Shown here in pieces: positions 48,524 through 57,834 of a DNA stretch of 64,000 nucleotides (positions are counted from its first letter, which is position 1; each line of letters opens with the position of its first letter). Under the pieces are notes generated by a model. The model made no database searches, was not told where the DNA came from, and saw only the letters and a list, made by a program, of their open reading frames with translations. This stretch comes from an uncultured archaeon (GTDB taxonomy: Archaea > Aenigmatarchaeota > Aenigmatarchaeia > PWEA01 > JAGHBM01): positions 147,882-211,881 of the forward strand of contig CAZOZN010000001.1 in the NCBI GenBank assembly GCA_964584335.1. Direction: 5' to 3'. Made by a program: the position numbers and the translations under genes.

Positions 48524-51500
48524 TTGAAAATTTTAAAGAATTTTCTAAATAAAACCAAAAATTTTAACTCTTTTAACAAGCTATTTGTTGTTTTTATGTT
48601 CACCCTGATACTTACCCTCTCTAGCGGTAGCTATAGCGTTTTAGCTGACCATGATAGTGTAGCGGAACTTCAGCCAGAATGGTCTGCATCTGGAGAAACG
48701 ATGGATTACACAGTTGAAATAACTAACAACGGACCAGATGTAATAGATGAAGTAAGAATCTATAATAATGAAAATTATGAGAATTTTGATTGTGAGAATA
48801 AAACCGGATGGGAGCTATATTACATTTCAGTTCTGGATGCTTGCTTCTACGTTGAAAATGGAGATACAATACCGGACGGAGAAAGCGATGTTTTTGAATT
48901 CTCTGCTATGACTTCAGTTGATCCGGAAGACACATGTCAGCTTGAATGGAAATTTGAAACCAGGGATGAAAACGAGGAATGGAAATTTATTTACGATTAT
49001 ACAAGCATCGACAGCAAGAAACCTGAACTAGATAAACAAGTCGGAGAACCTTTCATAAATTGTACTTTAAACCCAGAACATTGCGATGGAGATTATGATG
49101 GATGGGTGACTCAAGACACAATAATAACAATTCAAGTTAATGATGATTTTCCAGAAACAAATTGTGATAGTGGAATAACTTACTGCTATTCTACAATTAA
49201 ATTGGATGGAGATGTCATAGAATCCATTACTTATGGCAACGGAGACCCTGTAATGCAGATGGGTTGGGAAGTTGATTTTGATGAAGATTCCAACCACGAA
49301 CTAAACATAACATGCGTTGACTTGGCAGGTAATATCATGGAAGATATAGAGACTTTCAAGGTTGACGACAAGGAACCTGAAACAGACAAAGATTTTAGTG
49401 AACCAATGAAAATTGACGGTCTTGTAGAATGGATTGACACTTTCACCGAAATAACATTTGATCCAGTAGACCCAGACCACACCGGAGAGGGTTGCGCCAT
49501 AGGCGTTGACAAGACATGGTACAGAAACGACCTAGCAAACGAACTTGTTATGGTTGGAGAAAATTCAGAAGAATTATGTTACCAGCCGGATCAATACTGC
49601 AATGAAGGAGAACTGGGATTTGTAGAGACACCATACGAACAGGAAGCATATGATGGATGTATAGATTACTGGCAGGTTTGGTGCCAAGACAACTGGGATT
49701 CCGAGTATTCAAGCTGGGAACAATGTGTGGAAGAAAACGTCCACGGAATGTGGGATCCACCAGGAATGCTTGGCTGTATGGTATATGAAGAATGGAAATT
49801 GTGGGATGGAAACCCAATCCAGAAACCCGACGAATCCTGCCACGTTTTGCAGTACTTCAGCGTGGACCACCTCGGAAACATTGAAGATACGCAATACAAC
49901 TGCTTCTTCGTGGACAAGACCATACCTAAATTGGAAAAGACACACGATGAGTCAGCTGTTGAAGACGAGGACATGGATTCTTTCCCAGAAACGGATGGAA
50001 TATTCCACTGGGTAAATTACGACACAGATATAGATTTTAAGTGTGAGGATCAGGACCCACACCCATCAGGAGACGAAAGAGTATGTTTCAAAATTTCTTT
50101 TGACGGAGACGAGCCCTGGTTAACTGAAGAATACTGTGCAGACTACTATCCGGAGGGAGAGATACTTGATTTGGACCCTGGATGTGGTGAACAGTGCAAA
50201 TATTGTTGTGTTGATGTAGACGGAAACAACGAATTTGTATTTAATTTTTATGAGGAGTCAATGCATGACTTGCATTACTTCTGCGAGGACGCGGTTTGGA
50301 AAGGAAGACCGGGACACGGAATAGACGAACCTCACTTGCAATATTATAGAGTAGATAACACACCACCAAACATAACTAAGACAATGCTTGGCGACGAAGG
50401 AATGGAGTGGATTGGAGATTGTCCTCCGCAAAGTCCGAGCGACGAATGTTATGTAAAAGGCGGTAGCGGAGTACATGTAGATGTAACAGACCCTGACACG
50501 ACAGGAATGGGCTGCGCATCCGACGACGTTTACTGTGAATATGAAGTATGGTGGGAAGGAAGCGTGATTGACGAAGGAGACTTCGGAGAAGAGGGAATCG
50601 ATATAATCTTTGACGAAGATTCCGAACACATTTTAAAGATAAACTGCTGGGACGCTTTGGATAACGAAATGGGAATGGACGAAGAGACATTCCTTGTTGA
50701 CATGGAGCCACCTGAAACAACAAAGATGTACGGCGAGCCTTATAAGATTGAACCGGGTTGTGCACAAGGTTGTATTGATTTCTGTATGGGCGAAGTTCCA
50801 GAGGATGATTGGGACGAGTGTATACATGACTGCCAGCACGAACGCTGCACATGGTGGATAAACTCAAGCACAGAAGTTTCACTTTCAGCGGAAGACGAAA
50901 AGGTAGGAACAAAAGAAACTTATTGGAGAAACCTTTACTTCCCAGAAAACCACGAGATGTGTTACCACGAAAATATTGTTCCAGTAGGAGACGTGGAGGT
51001 ACAAGTAATAGAAGATTCATGTCACCCTGATTATTACACTGGTCTAGATGATTATGACGACAGTGTGGAATGGAACAATTACAGCGAGACCGGACCATTT
51101 ACAAAATCACCCGAGTCTTGCCATGTAATAGAATATTATTCTGTAGACGAATTCGGAAACGAAGAGCCTCTAAGATGGCAGTGTGTTTTTGTTGATAACA
51201 CAGGCCCAGAGGCAATAAAAGAGGTTGGTGAACCAAAGATACCATGCACACCTCCTGTAACTACAACCACAGTAGATACGACAACTACTATAATCACAGA
51301 GCCAATTTGTGTTGGAACACCAAACAATGAGGCATGTAATGCATACGACGAATCACAGTGTGTTGCAATTCCTGGATGCAGTTGGTTACCAGGAACAGAC
51401 TGTGCAGGTTACACTTCAGGAGGCCAGGGAATGTGTGAATCTTTCCCAGGATGTGAATGGTGTCCTGTTGAAAATGTATGCACAGGAACAACCGGCGAGA

Positions 51501-54500
51501 CATGTACTGGAACACCTGAATCTTGCGAAGCTGCGGCATCTAACTGGCCAAGCGACCCGGAGGCAAAGTGCTTGGAAACATCTGGCTGCGATTGGATTAT
51601 GCCTTTGACTGGTGAATACAGAGAAGAAGGAGATACGTTTGAAGGACCTTTGACAGCACCTTTAGGCAACGGAATTTGCTCGGGTGCAACCCAGACCAGT
51701 CAGTGTGCTTACGTAGCATCAAACTCTTTGCCACCTTATGCATACGATACATTGGTAGCACAGGGCGCTGACCCAAGCTTGCTTGACCAGGGATGTGGAG
51801 ATATATTAATATTATCTTCAGGGAATCCATTAGACAGTGATACACATATCAGTACTGGTATGAATAATCCTGGTTGTGGACCCGGTGGAGCAGAAACAAA
51901 CCCGGATGGACAGCCTACACACGACTGCGTAGATCTTACTTATTCTCCATCTGGAGACAGTGTTGTTTTGGCTGTATCATCTGAATGGCCAGAATATTAT
52001 GAGTCAATAACGGACTGGATGAGAATAGGAGGAATTGTTGATGTGTCAATCAACGACTGGGAGCCTGATGTAAACCCTGACGATGGAGTACCAGACCAGC
52101 CATACCAGGACGTTGTAGACATACCTTACACACCATCCATATCAGGAACAATAACTTTGGCTACATTGGGACAAGGTCAGCAGGTAGACTTGAGAGTTGC
52201 TGATTCTTTGGACTATATATATGACACGGCAATGATTGTAGTACCATTGTCCTGTTATGAAGAGGGTCCCGAACCGATATTGTGTGGAAACGGAGAAGTT
52301 GAGCCGGGAGAAGAGTGTGACGACGGTAACCAACAAAATGGAGACGGTTGTTCAGCTCAATGTTTGATTGAGGACGAAGGACTGCCAGAATGCTGGTGGG
52401 TAAGAGACGACAATTTCCAGGAAGGAACTCCAATATTGCTTGACTGTGACGACAGCTGGAACGGAACAGCAGACCATCCGGTCGACCAGGAATGGGGTTG
52501 CTTCAGGGTTTCATTTGACGAAGAACCTTGGTTGACGGAGGAATACTGTCAGGAAGCATCAGATGCTGGAAGAACCGTTAAGATGCCTGCAACAGAAGAT
52601 GATTGGTGTTGCATATACTTCGGAGAAGAAGAACCTTACATATTCAGCTTCCACGAAGATTCGGTACACGACTTGGAATTTTACTGTGTAGACCATCTTA
52701 AAAACAAAGGCCCATTGGACTTTGAATGGTTTAGAGTAGATTCCACAGCCCCGAACGTAACAAAGGTTTTAAGTGAACCATACTACGGCGAATGTCCACC
52801 AGAACCGGACAGTGAAGATGAATGCTACGTGGACACGGCAACAGAAATAACGCTTGACATAGAAGACGGCGGGCCAATTTGTGCCGTAGGTGATGTAGAG
52901 TGCAGGTGGAGATACAGAGTAATGCCTGGTTTAGAAAATGGATTTGAACCATTGAAAGTAACACCTACTTTGTGGTCACAGTGGTTCAATTATACCGAAG
53001 AAGAACCAATAATATTCCCAGAAGAATGTTACCACGAACTTCAAATAGAGTGCTGGGATGCTCTAGGAAACATGTGGACAGACGAAGAATATTTCATAGT
53101 AGATAAAACACCACCAGAAATAACAAAAGAATACGGTGAACCAAAACACAAAGGCTATGGTCCTGGAGAAGAAGAAACAGAGACTAGGACCATGGGTTCC
53201 AAAGGCTGGGGAGGAAATTACTTCGATTTCACTGAAGTTTGGGAATGCGAAGGAGACGACTACTTTGGCTGGAATCCAATTAAGGTAGACAGGATATATC
53301 ACGAGAATTGCGACACCGAATTCGTGATTGAAGCTCCGACATCGGGAATAGAAAATGCCCCAGGAAACTTCTGGGTAGAGATAGATGTCGATAACAGTGG
53401 CGACAAGAGTCCCGGGGACTGGCAGTTCAGCTGGCACGAGGACGAAACTGAAAGAGTACCTACAGACAGCCACTGGGGTTACAGGTACATCAAACCTGAT
53501 TCATCCTGGAGCGACTGGCAGGAACCACTACCAGACTGGCTTGAGTTCAGCAAGAGCGGTGAAACATTCCATGTAATGGTAGACAGCGACTACCTAGGAA
53601 ACAAGAACGGAATGAAAGACGACTGCGGACTTGGATACGGATTTGCCCTTTTCATGGTAATACCGGACGAGGGATTCCCGCAAGGGGTTTGCGATCCAGG
53701 AAACAGCTGGCCAGGAGAGGCGGTTATAATACCGGTTCAGTCAGATGGATACTTTGTAGAAGGTATTCTAGGTTCGCCGATATGGTGGATTAATTCAAAC
53801 ACACTGATAAACGTCAGTGCAGTTGACCCAGAACCTCACCCATCGGGATTGAAAGAATTGAATTACAGGTTTGATATGGTTGACGACAGGTATTGTAACG
53901 GTACCTGGGATTGCGAAGATGCTGAAGTAGAAGAAGGAGTATCTTGGAAAACATACACAGGTGAGTTCAACATACCTGAAGAATCCTGCCACTTGATTGA
54001 AATTAATGCAAAAGATAATGTGGACAAGGAATCCTACCATAAACAGTGTGTGTTTGTTGATACATCAGACCCTGTAACAAACAAGACAGTGGGAATACCA
54101 AAAAGTCCATGGGATGGAATGGGAGCTTACGAAGGAGAGTATCAGGAAGCAGAAGATTACTGTACAGCTCCTGGATTGTGTTGGAGAATTACTGAAATGA
54201 CTCCAATATTCCTGAACTGCGAAGATCCAGACCCACACCCATCAAACCATGCTCAGATATACTACAGGACATGGTGGGACAATACAGGAAACTGGACTGA
54301 CTGGAGTACGGTTCCGGAAGGAAGCGCAATTTACCTAAACGGAGAATGCTTCCACAAGCTTGAATACTACTGTGTTGATGCAGTAAATAATACAGGAGAA
54401 CCAGACTTGGAATACTTCAAGGTAGAAGGCTCCAGGTTTGAAATACCAATATTCAAGAAATGGAACTTGATATCAGTGCCTTTCGAGCTGTTTGATTCAG

Positions 54501-55111
54501 ACCCAGAAGAGGTCTTTAAAGACACGCCAAACGTGCAGAGTGTTTGGGCATACGACCCAGATGATGAAATGTGTACAGACCTATGGTGTGTATGGACACC
54601 GGACGGAATAGAAAACGACAACCTTAAAGTATGGTCCGGCTGGGGATACTGGGTAAGAGCCAGTGAAGAAGACATGCTTGTAATAGGCGGAGATATGATA
54701 AAGCCAAAAGAAGAGGTCCCACAAAGGACTTTGAGAGCAGGATGGAACCTGATAGGTCCTTACGACTGGTGGTACAACACTACTAAAGACATGAGAATCA
54801 ATGTATGGGATGGTTCAACCTATACAAGAATGGATCACGAAGATGTCTGCGGTTATGAATGGCCCACAGACCTATACTGGGACTACGGACACGAATACCT
54901 AAGCGTCATAGACAACGAGTACATGTCTGTCTATGGATACATAAACTGTATATCAGAAAGCGAGCCAATACAGGGAAGCAATGAAATGTATGCAGGAAGA
55001 GGATACTGGGTATTCTTGCAGCAACCATATGATGGATGGTTTTATGGTCCATCGAGTCATTGGAATGACTTTTGGAAAATACCAGGACCTATAGGGCCTA
55101 TAGTAGCTTAA
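48524..55111 (+). CDS. Giant (2195 aa) acidic Cys-rich secreted protein with ~9 Ig-like repeats and a Myxococcus-type Cys-rich repeat
   Basis: Signal peptide; repeats (E/D)SxHxLxYxxVD..VDxTxP; CGNGEVEPGEECDDGNQQNGDGCSAQC; C-terminal WNLIS/GYWV domain; no TM anchor. Confidence 0.85.
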   Translation: MKILKNFLNKTKNFNSFNKLFVVFMFTLILTLSSGSYSVLADHDSVAELQPEWSASGETMDYTVEITNNGPDVIDEVRIYNNENYENFDCENKTGWELYYISVLDACFYVENGDTIPDGESDVFEFSAMTSVDPEDTCQLEWKFETRDENEEWKFIYDYTSIDSKKPELDKQVGEPFINCTLNPEHCDGDYDGWVTQDTIITIQVNDDFPETNCDSGITYCYSTIKLDGDVIESITYGNGDPVMQMGWEVDFDEDSNHELNITCVDLAGNIMEDIETFKVDDKEPETDKDFSEPMKIDGLVEWIDTFTEITFDPVDPDHTGEGCAIGVDKTWYRNDLANELVMVGENSEELCYQPDQYCNEGELGFVETPYEQEAYDGCIDYWQVWCQDNWDSEYSSWEQCVEENVHGMWDPPGMLGCMVYEEWKLWDGNPIQKPDESCHVLQYFSVDHLGNIEDTQYNCFFVDKTIPKLEKTHDESAVEDEDMDSFPETDGIFHWVNYDTDIDFKCEDQDPHPSGDERVCFKISFDGDEPWLTEEYCADYYPEGEILDLDPGCGEQCKYCCVDVDGNNEFVFNFYEESMHDLHYFCEDAVWKGRPGHGIDEPHLQYYRVDNTPPNITKTMLGDEGMEWIGDCPPQSPSDECYVKGGSGVHVDVTDPDTTGMGCASDDVYCEYEVWWEGSVIDEGDFGEEGIDIIFDEDSEHILKINCWDALDNEMGMDEETFLVDMEPPETTKMYGEPYKIEPGCAQGCIDFCMGEVPEDDWDECIHDCQHERCTWWINSSTEVSLSAEDEKVGTKETYWRNLYFPENHEMCYHENIVPVGDVEVQVIEDSCHPDYYTGLDDYDDSVEWNNYSETGPFTKSPESCHVIEYYSVDEFGNEEPLRWQCVFVDNTGPEAIKEVGEPKIPCTPPVTTTTVDTTTTIITEPICVGTPNNEACNAYDESQCVAIPGCSWLPGTDCAGYTSGGQGMCESFPGCEWCPVENVCTGTTGETCTGTPESCEAAASNWPSDPEAKCLETSGCDWIMPLTGEYREEGDTFEGPLTAPLGNGICSGATQTSQCAYVASNSLPPYAYDTLVAQGADPSLLDQGCGDILILSSGNPLDSDTHISTGMNNPGCGPGGAETNPDGQPTHDCVDLTYSPSGDSVVLAVSSEWPEYYESITDWMRIGGIVDVSINDWEPDVNPDDGVPDQPYQDVVDIPYTPSISGTITLATLGQGQQVDLRVADSLDYIYDTAMIVVPLSCYEEGPEPILCGNGEVEPGEECDDGNQQNGDGCSAQCLIEDEGLPECWWVRDDNFQEGTPILLDCDDSWNGTADHPVDQEWGCFRVSFDEEPWLTEEYCQEASDAGRTVKMPATEDDWCCIYFGEEEPYIFSFHEDSVHDLEFYCVDHLKNKGPLDFEWFRVDSTAPNVTKVLSEPYYGECPPEPDSEDECYVDTATEITLDIEDGGPICAVGDVECRWRYRVMPGLENGFEPLKVTPTLWSQWFNYTEEEPIIFPEECYHELQIECWDALGNMWTDEEYFIVDKTPPEITKEYGEPKHKGYGPGEEETETRTMGSKGWGGNYFDFTEVWECEGDDYFGWNPIKVDRIYHENCDTEFVIEAPTSGIENAPGNFWVEIDVDNSGDKSPGDWQFSWHEDETERVPTDSHWGYRYIKPDSSWSDWQEPLPDWLEFSKSGETFHVMVDSDYLGNKNGMKDDCGLGYGFALFMVIPDEGFPQGVCDPGNSWPGEAVIIPVQSDGYFVEGILGSPIWWINSNTLINVSAVDPEPHPSGLKELNYRFDMVDDRYCNGTWDCEDAEVEEGVSWKTYTGEFNIPEESCHLIEINAKDNVDKESYHKQCVFVDTSDPVTNKTVGIPKSPWDGMGAYEGEYQEAEDYCTAPGLCWRITEMTPIFLNCEDPDPHPSNHAQIYYRTWWDNTGNWTDWSTVPEGSAIYLNGECFHKLEYYCVDAVNNTGEPDLEYFKVEGSRFEIPIFKKWNLISVPFELFDSDPEEVFKDTPNVQSVWAYDPDDEMCTDLWCVWTPDGIENDNLKVWSGWGYWVRASEEDMLVIGGDMIKPKEEVPQRTLRAGWNLIGPYDWWYNTTKDMRINVWDGSTYTRMDHEDVCGYEWPTDLYWDYGHEYLSVIDNEYMSVYGYINCISESEPIQGSNEMYAGRGYWVFLQQPYDGWFYGPSSHWNDFWKIPGPIGPIVA

Positions 55112-55146
55112 GGGGAATAAACCCTTTCTTTTTTCTTTTTATTTTT
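55110..55146 (+). terminator. Short hairpin plus T-tract terminator
   Basis: AAGGGG-AATAA-ACCCTT followed by T-rich run immediately after the stop. Confidence 0.55.
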
Positions 55147-55220
55147 GTTAATTCAGAGGAAGGGATAGGTATTTAACTCTTAAATGGTAATAAATAGTAT
55201 AATAAAAGGGGGTTGGAATA

Positions 55221-55985
55221 ATGAAAAGTTTAAATTTTTTGTTGATAGCAACCGTTTTATCGGTATTCCTAAGTTCTTTTGCTATGGCTATACCTTTCCC
55301 AACTACACAGTTTTACGGAACTGCTACAATAGACGGAAGCCCTGCTCCTGACGGAACAGTTGTTTCTGCAAAGGTTAACGGATTGGAAGTCGGCAGCACT
55401 ACAATATACAGCGGAAATGGTTTCTATTCTTTCACGGTAGATGTTCAGGGATATGAAGGAGAAACTGTTAATTTCTTCATAGGAGATTCCAATACAGGAG
55501 AGACTTCTTGGATTGGAGAAGGTGAGACTGTAAGAGTTGACTTATCTTTGGGCACGGGAGGTGACGATTCAGACGGCGGTTCTTCCGGAGGCTCCAGCGG
55601 TGGTAGCTCGGGAGGATTTACCGGTACAAGTTCTGAAGAAAACGATACGGGCACGGCAGACCAAGAAGATGGTTCCGGAGACTCGGACGTATGCAGGGAA
55701 AGATGGACCTGTACTGACTGGAGTTCGTGCGTAGACGGAAAACAAACCAGGACCTGTACTGAGCAGAATGATTGTGGTACGGATTTATACAAACCATACG
55801 AGGAACAGCCTTGTGTTTCCGAGCAGTCAACAGAACCGGAAGGTCTTGACTTAGGCGCAACAGGAAGATTCCTTACAAGCCCGTTAGGAATAGGAGCGAT
55901 AATTGCAATAATTTTGATAATTGCAGGCGGTCTTTTTTTCTGGAAAAGAAAGGGATTAAAGGCAAAACCTGAATTTAAGAAATAA
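55221..55985 (+). CDS. Secreted TM-anchored protein with Gly/Ser linker and TSP1-like Cys module
   Basis: FYGTATIDGSPAPDGT domain; CRERWTCTDWSSC...RTC...CGT; C-terminal TM plus KRK. Confidence 0.8.
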   Translation: MKSLNFLLIATVLSVFLSSFAMAIPFPTTQFYGTATIDGSPAPDGTVVSAKVNGLEVGSTTIYSGNGFYSFTVDVQGYEGETVNFFIGDSNTGETSWIGEGETVRVDLSLGTGGDDSDGGSSGGSSGGSSGGFTGTSSEENDTGTADQEDGSGDSDVCRERWTCTDWSSCVDGKQTRTCTEQNDCGTDLYKPYEEQPCVSEQSTEPEGLDLGATGRFLTSPLGIGAIIAIILIIAGGLFFWKRKGLKAKPEFKK

Positions 55986-56020
55986 TCCCTTTATTTATTT
56001 CTTCTTAGGTAATTGTATTT

Positions 56021-56662
56021 ATGGATTCTAACGAAGAGCTTATAAGAAATCTTAAGATGAGCTCTCTTCGGAGTGATGAGGTTGAGAATGCATTAAGGAA
56101 TATTCCCAGGGAACATTTTGTCCCGGAACAGTACAAGTCAGAGGCGTACAAAGATTATCCCCTGCAGATAGGATACGGCCAGACTATTTCTCAGCCTTAT
56201 ACTGTTGTAATGATGACAGAGCTTCTTGAAGTCAAGCCCGGTCATAAAGTTCTTGAGATTGGCGCGGGTTCGGGCTGGCAGTCTGCCCTTCTTGGTCATA
56301 TCGTGGGAAAAGAAGGCAAGGTTTATACGGTAGAGAGCGTAAAGGAGCTTGCCGAACTGGCAAAAAAGAACATATCAAAAACAGGAATTAATAATGTGGA
56401 GGTTGTTGTGGGTGATGGCAGCGGAGGTCTTGAGAAAGAGGCACCGTTTGACAGGATTATAGTTACTGCCGCAGCTCCTAAGATACCAAGGGATCTTGAA
56501 GAACAGCTTTCAGTAGGCGGAAAGCTCGTAGCACCGATTGGAGGAATGTTTGGTCAGAGGTTGATAGTCTCGGAAAAGAAAGAGAACTTCATAAAGAGAA
56601 TTGTTAGCCCGGGTCATTACAGATTTGTTCCTCTTACGGGAAAGAACGGCTTCAAAAAATAG
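56021..56662 (+). CDS. pcm: Protein-L-isoaspartate O-methyltransferase
   Basis: PREHFV, GQTISQP, LEIGAGSGW, APFDRIIVTAAA, RFVPL. Confidence 0.95.
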   Translation: MDSNEELIRNLKMSSLRSDEVENALRNIPREHFVPEQYKSEAYKDYPLQIGYGQTISQPYTVVMMTELLEVKPGHKVLEIGAGSGWQSALLGHIVGKEGKVYTVESVKELAELAKKNISKTGINNVEVVVGDGSGGLEKEAPFDRIIVTAAAPKIPRDLEEQLSVGGKLVAPIGGMFGQRLIVSEKKENFIKRIVSPGHYRFVPLTGKNGFKK

Positions 56663-56664
56663 TT

Positions 56665-57138
56665 TTACTTGAACTTTTTTACGTAAAGAGTCAACCCTGC
56701 TACAAGAAACAAGACTGACAATACCATTGCTAAAAAAAGGTAGGACATTTCAGTAAGACCGGGACAGTTTTGCTCAACTGTAAAGTAATCCGATGTTAGG
56801 GTCTCCGAACCTACTTTTATTTTTGCTATGAAATTGAGGTCTTCTGATGTATGAGCCCTGAACATATAATTATTTTCCTTACCGACACAGTAACCGTCTT
56901 TTATGTAGTAATATGAGGATTTCCATCCTTCAATTGGGTCGTAAATTTCTCCCACTCTTTTGTCCGGCACGATAGCGTCTATCTTTACATCATAACAGTC
57001 GTAAGGTATGTCATTAACCATTAAAGTTATGTTATAATCAATACATTCCCCCTCTATATCCATAAAGAATTGTTGTGCGTTTACAGTCGGGACTAAAAAA
57101 AGTAATGCAAAAAACAAAGCCATGTATTTTAGTACCAT
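56665..57138 (-). CDS. Secreted protein with C-terminal TM
   Basis: Signal peptide, four Cys, terminal TM plus KKFK. Confidence 0.65.
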   Translation of the reverse strand: MVLKYMALFFALLFLVPTVNAQQFFMDIEGECIDYNITLMVNDIPYDCYDVKIDAIVPDKRVGEIYDPIEGWKSSYYYIKDGYCVGKENNYMFRAHTSEDLNFIAKIKVGSETLTSDYFTVEQNCPGLTEMSYLFLAMVLSVLFLVAGLTLYVKKFK

Positions 57139-57404
57139 ACTTCCTTACCCATTTTTATCTTGAACAAGTTTTCAAGAAAATCTGTTCCTGCATATCCTGC
57201 CAGCAGTGCGAACTTCACGTCATCTGCTATAAAAACTCCGGTCAAAAGGCCGACACCACCGGAGGTCAACAGAGTCAACAACATATAGTCTTTTCTTATT
57301 TTCCTTTTCTTTGATGGTGAAGCTCTTATGTGTTTTGTTATTCCGACAAGCCCCCTTATTAGGCCTCCTATAAAGCCCGCTGCAAATATGTAGAAAGGGT
57401 TCAT
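57129..57404 (-). CDS. Small Gly-rich membrane protein
   Basis: GFIGGLIRGLVG...LLAGYAGTDFLE; three hydrophobic segments. Confidence 0.7.
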   Translation of the reverse strand: MNPFYIFAAGFIGGLIRGLVGITKHIRASPSKKRKIRKDYMLLTLLTSGGVGLLTGVFIADDVKFALLAGYAGTDFLENLFKIKMGKEVWY

Positions 57405-57481
57405 AATAGAAAATTAAAAATGTTTATATATAAAATTTGGGATAAGGGAAATTTTATAAATAGCACGGATAAAGAATAAAT

Positions 57482-57781
57482 ATGTTTGCCTCCATGTCAA
57501 GAAAAATATTTTTATTTTCTGTAATATTTTTAGTTTTCTCTTCGTGTTTTGTTCAGGCAACATCAACACACAACTACAAACATTACGAGGGAGAGATAGA
57601 TGCAGGAGACTCGGAAAGTTTTATAGTAATGTTTTTGATTTTAGTCGTACTAATGATGATTCTTTACAAGGGAGAGGAGACTTTTGAGAACTTAACCAAA
57701 ATTAAAAAGAAAAGAAAGTCTAAGAAAACTAAAAAAAAGAAAAAGAAAAAATCTTCTTCAAAGAAAAAGTCCAAGAAGTAA
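57482..57781 (+). CDS. Small membrane protein with Lys-rich tail
   Basis: Signal-like N-terminus, one TM, poly-Lys C-terminus. Confidence 0.55.
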   Translation: MFASMSRKIFLFSVIFLVFSSCFVQATSTHNYKHYEGEIDAGDSESFIVMFLILVVLMMILYKGEETFENLTKIKKKRKSKKTKKKKKKKSSSKKKSKK

Positions 57782-57834
57782 AAGTTTTATAAATAGCCAA
57801 AATAAAGATTCAATAAGATTTTAGGGTGTGTTAT

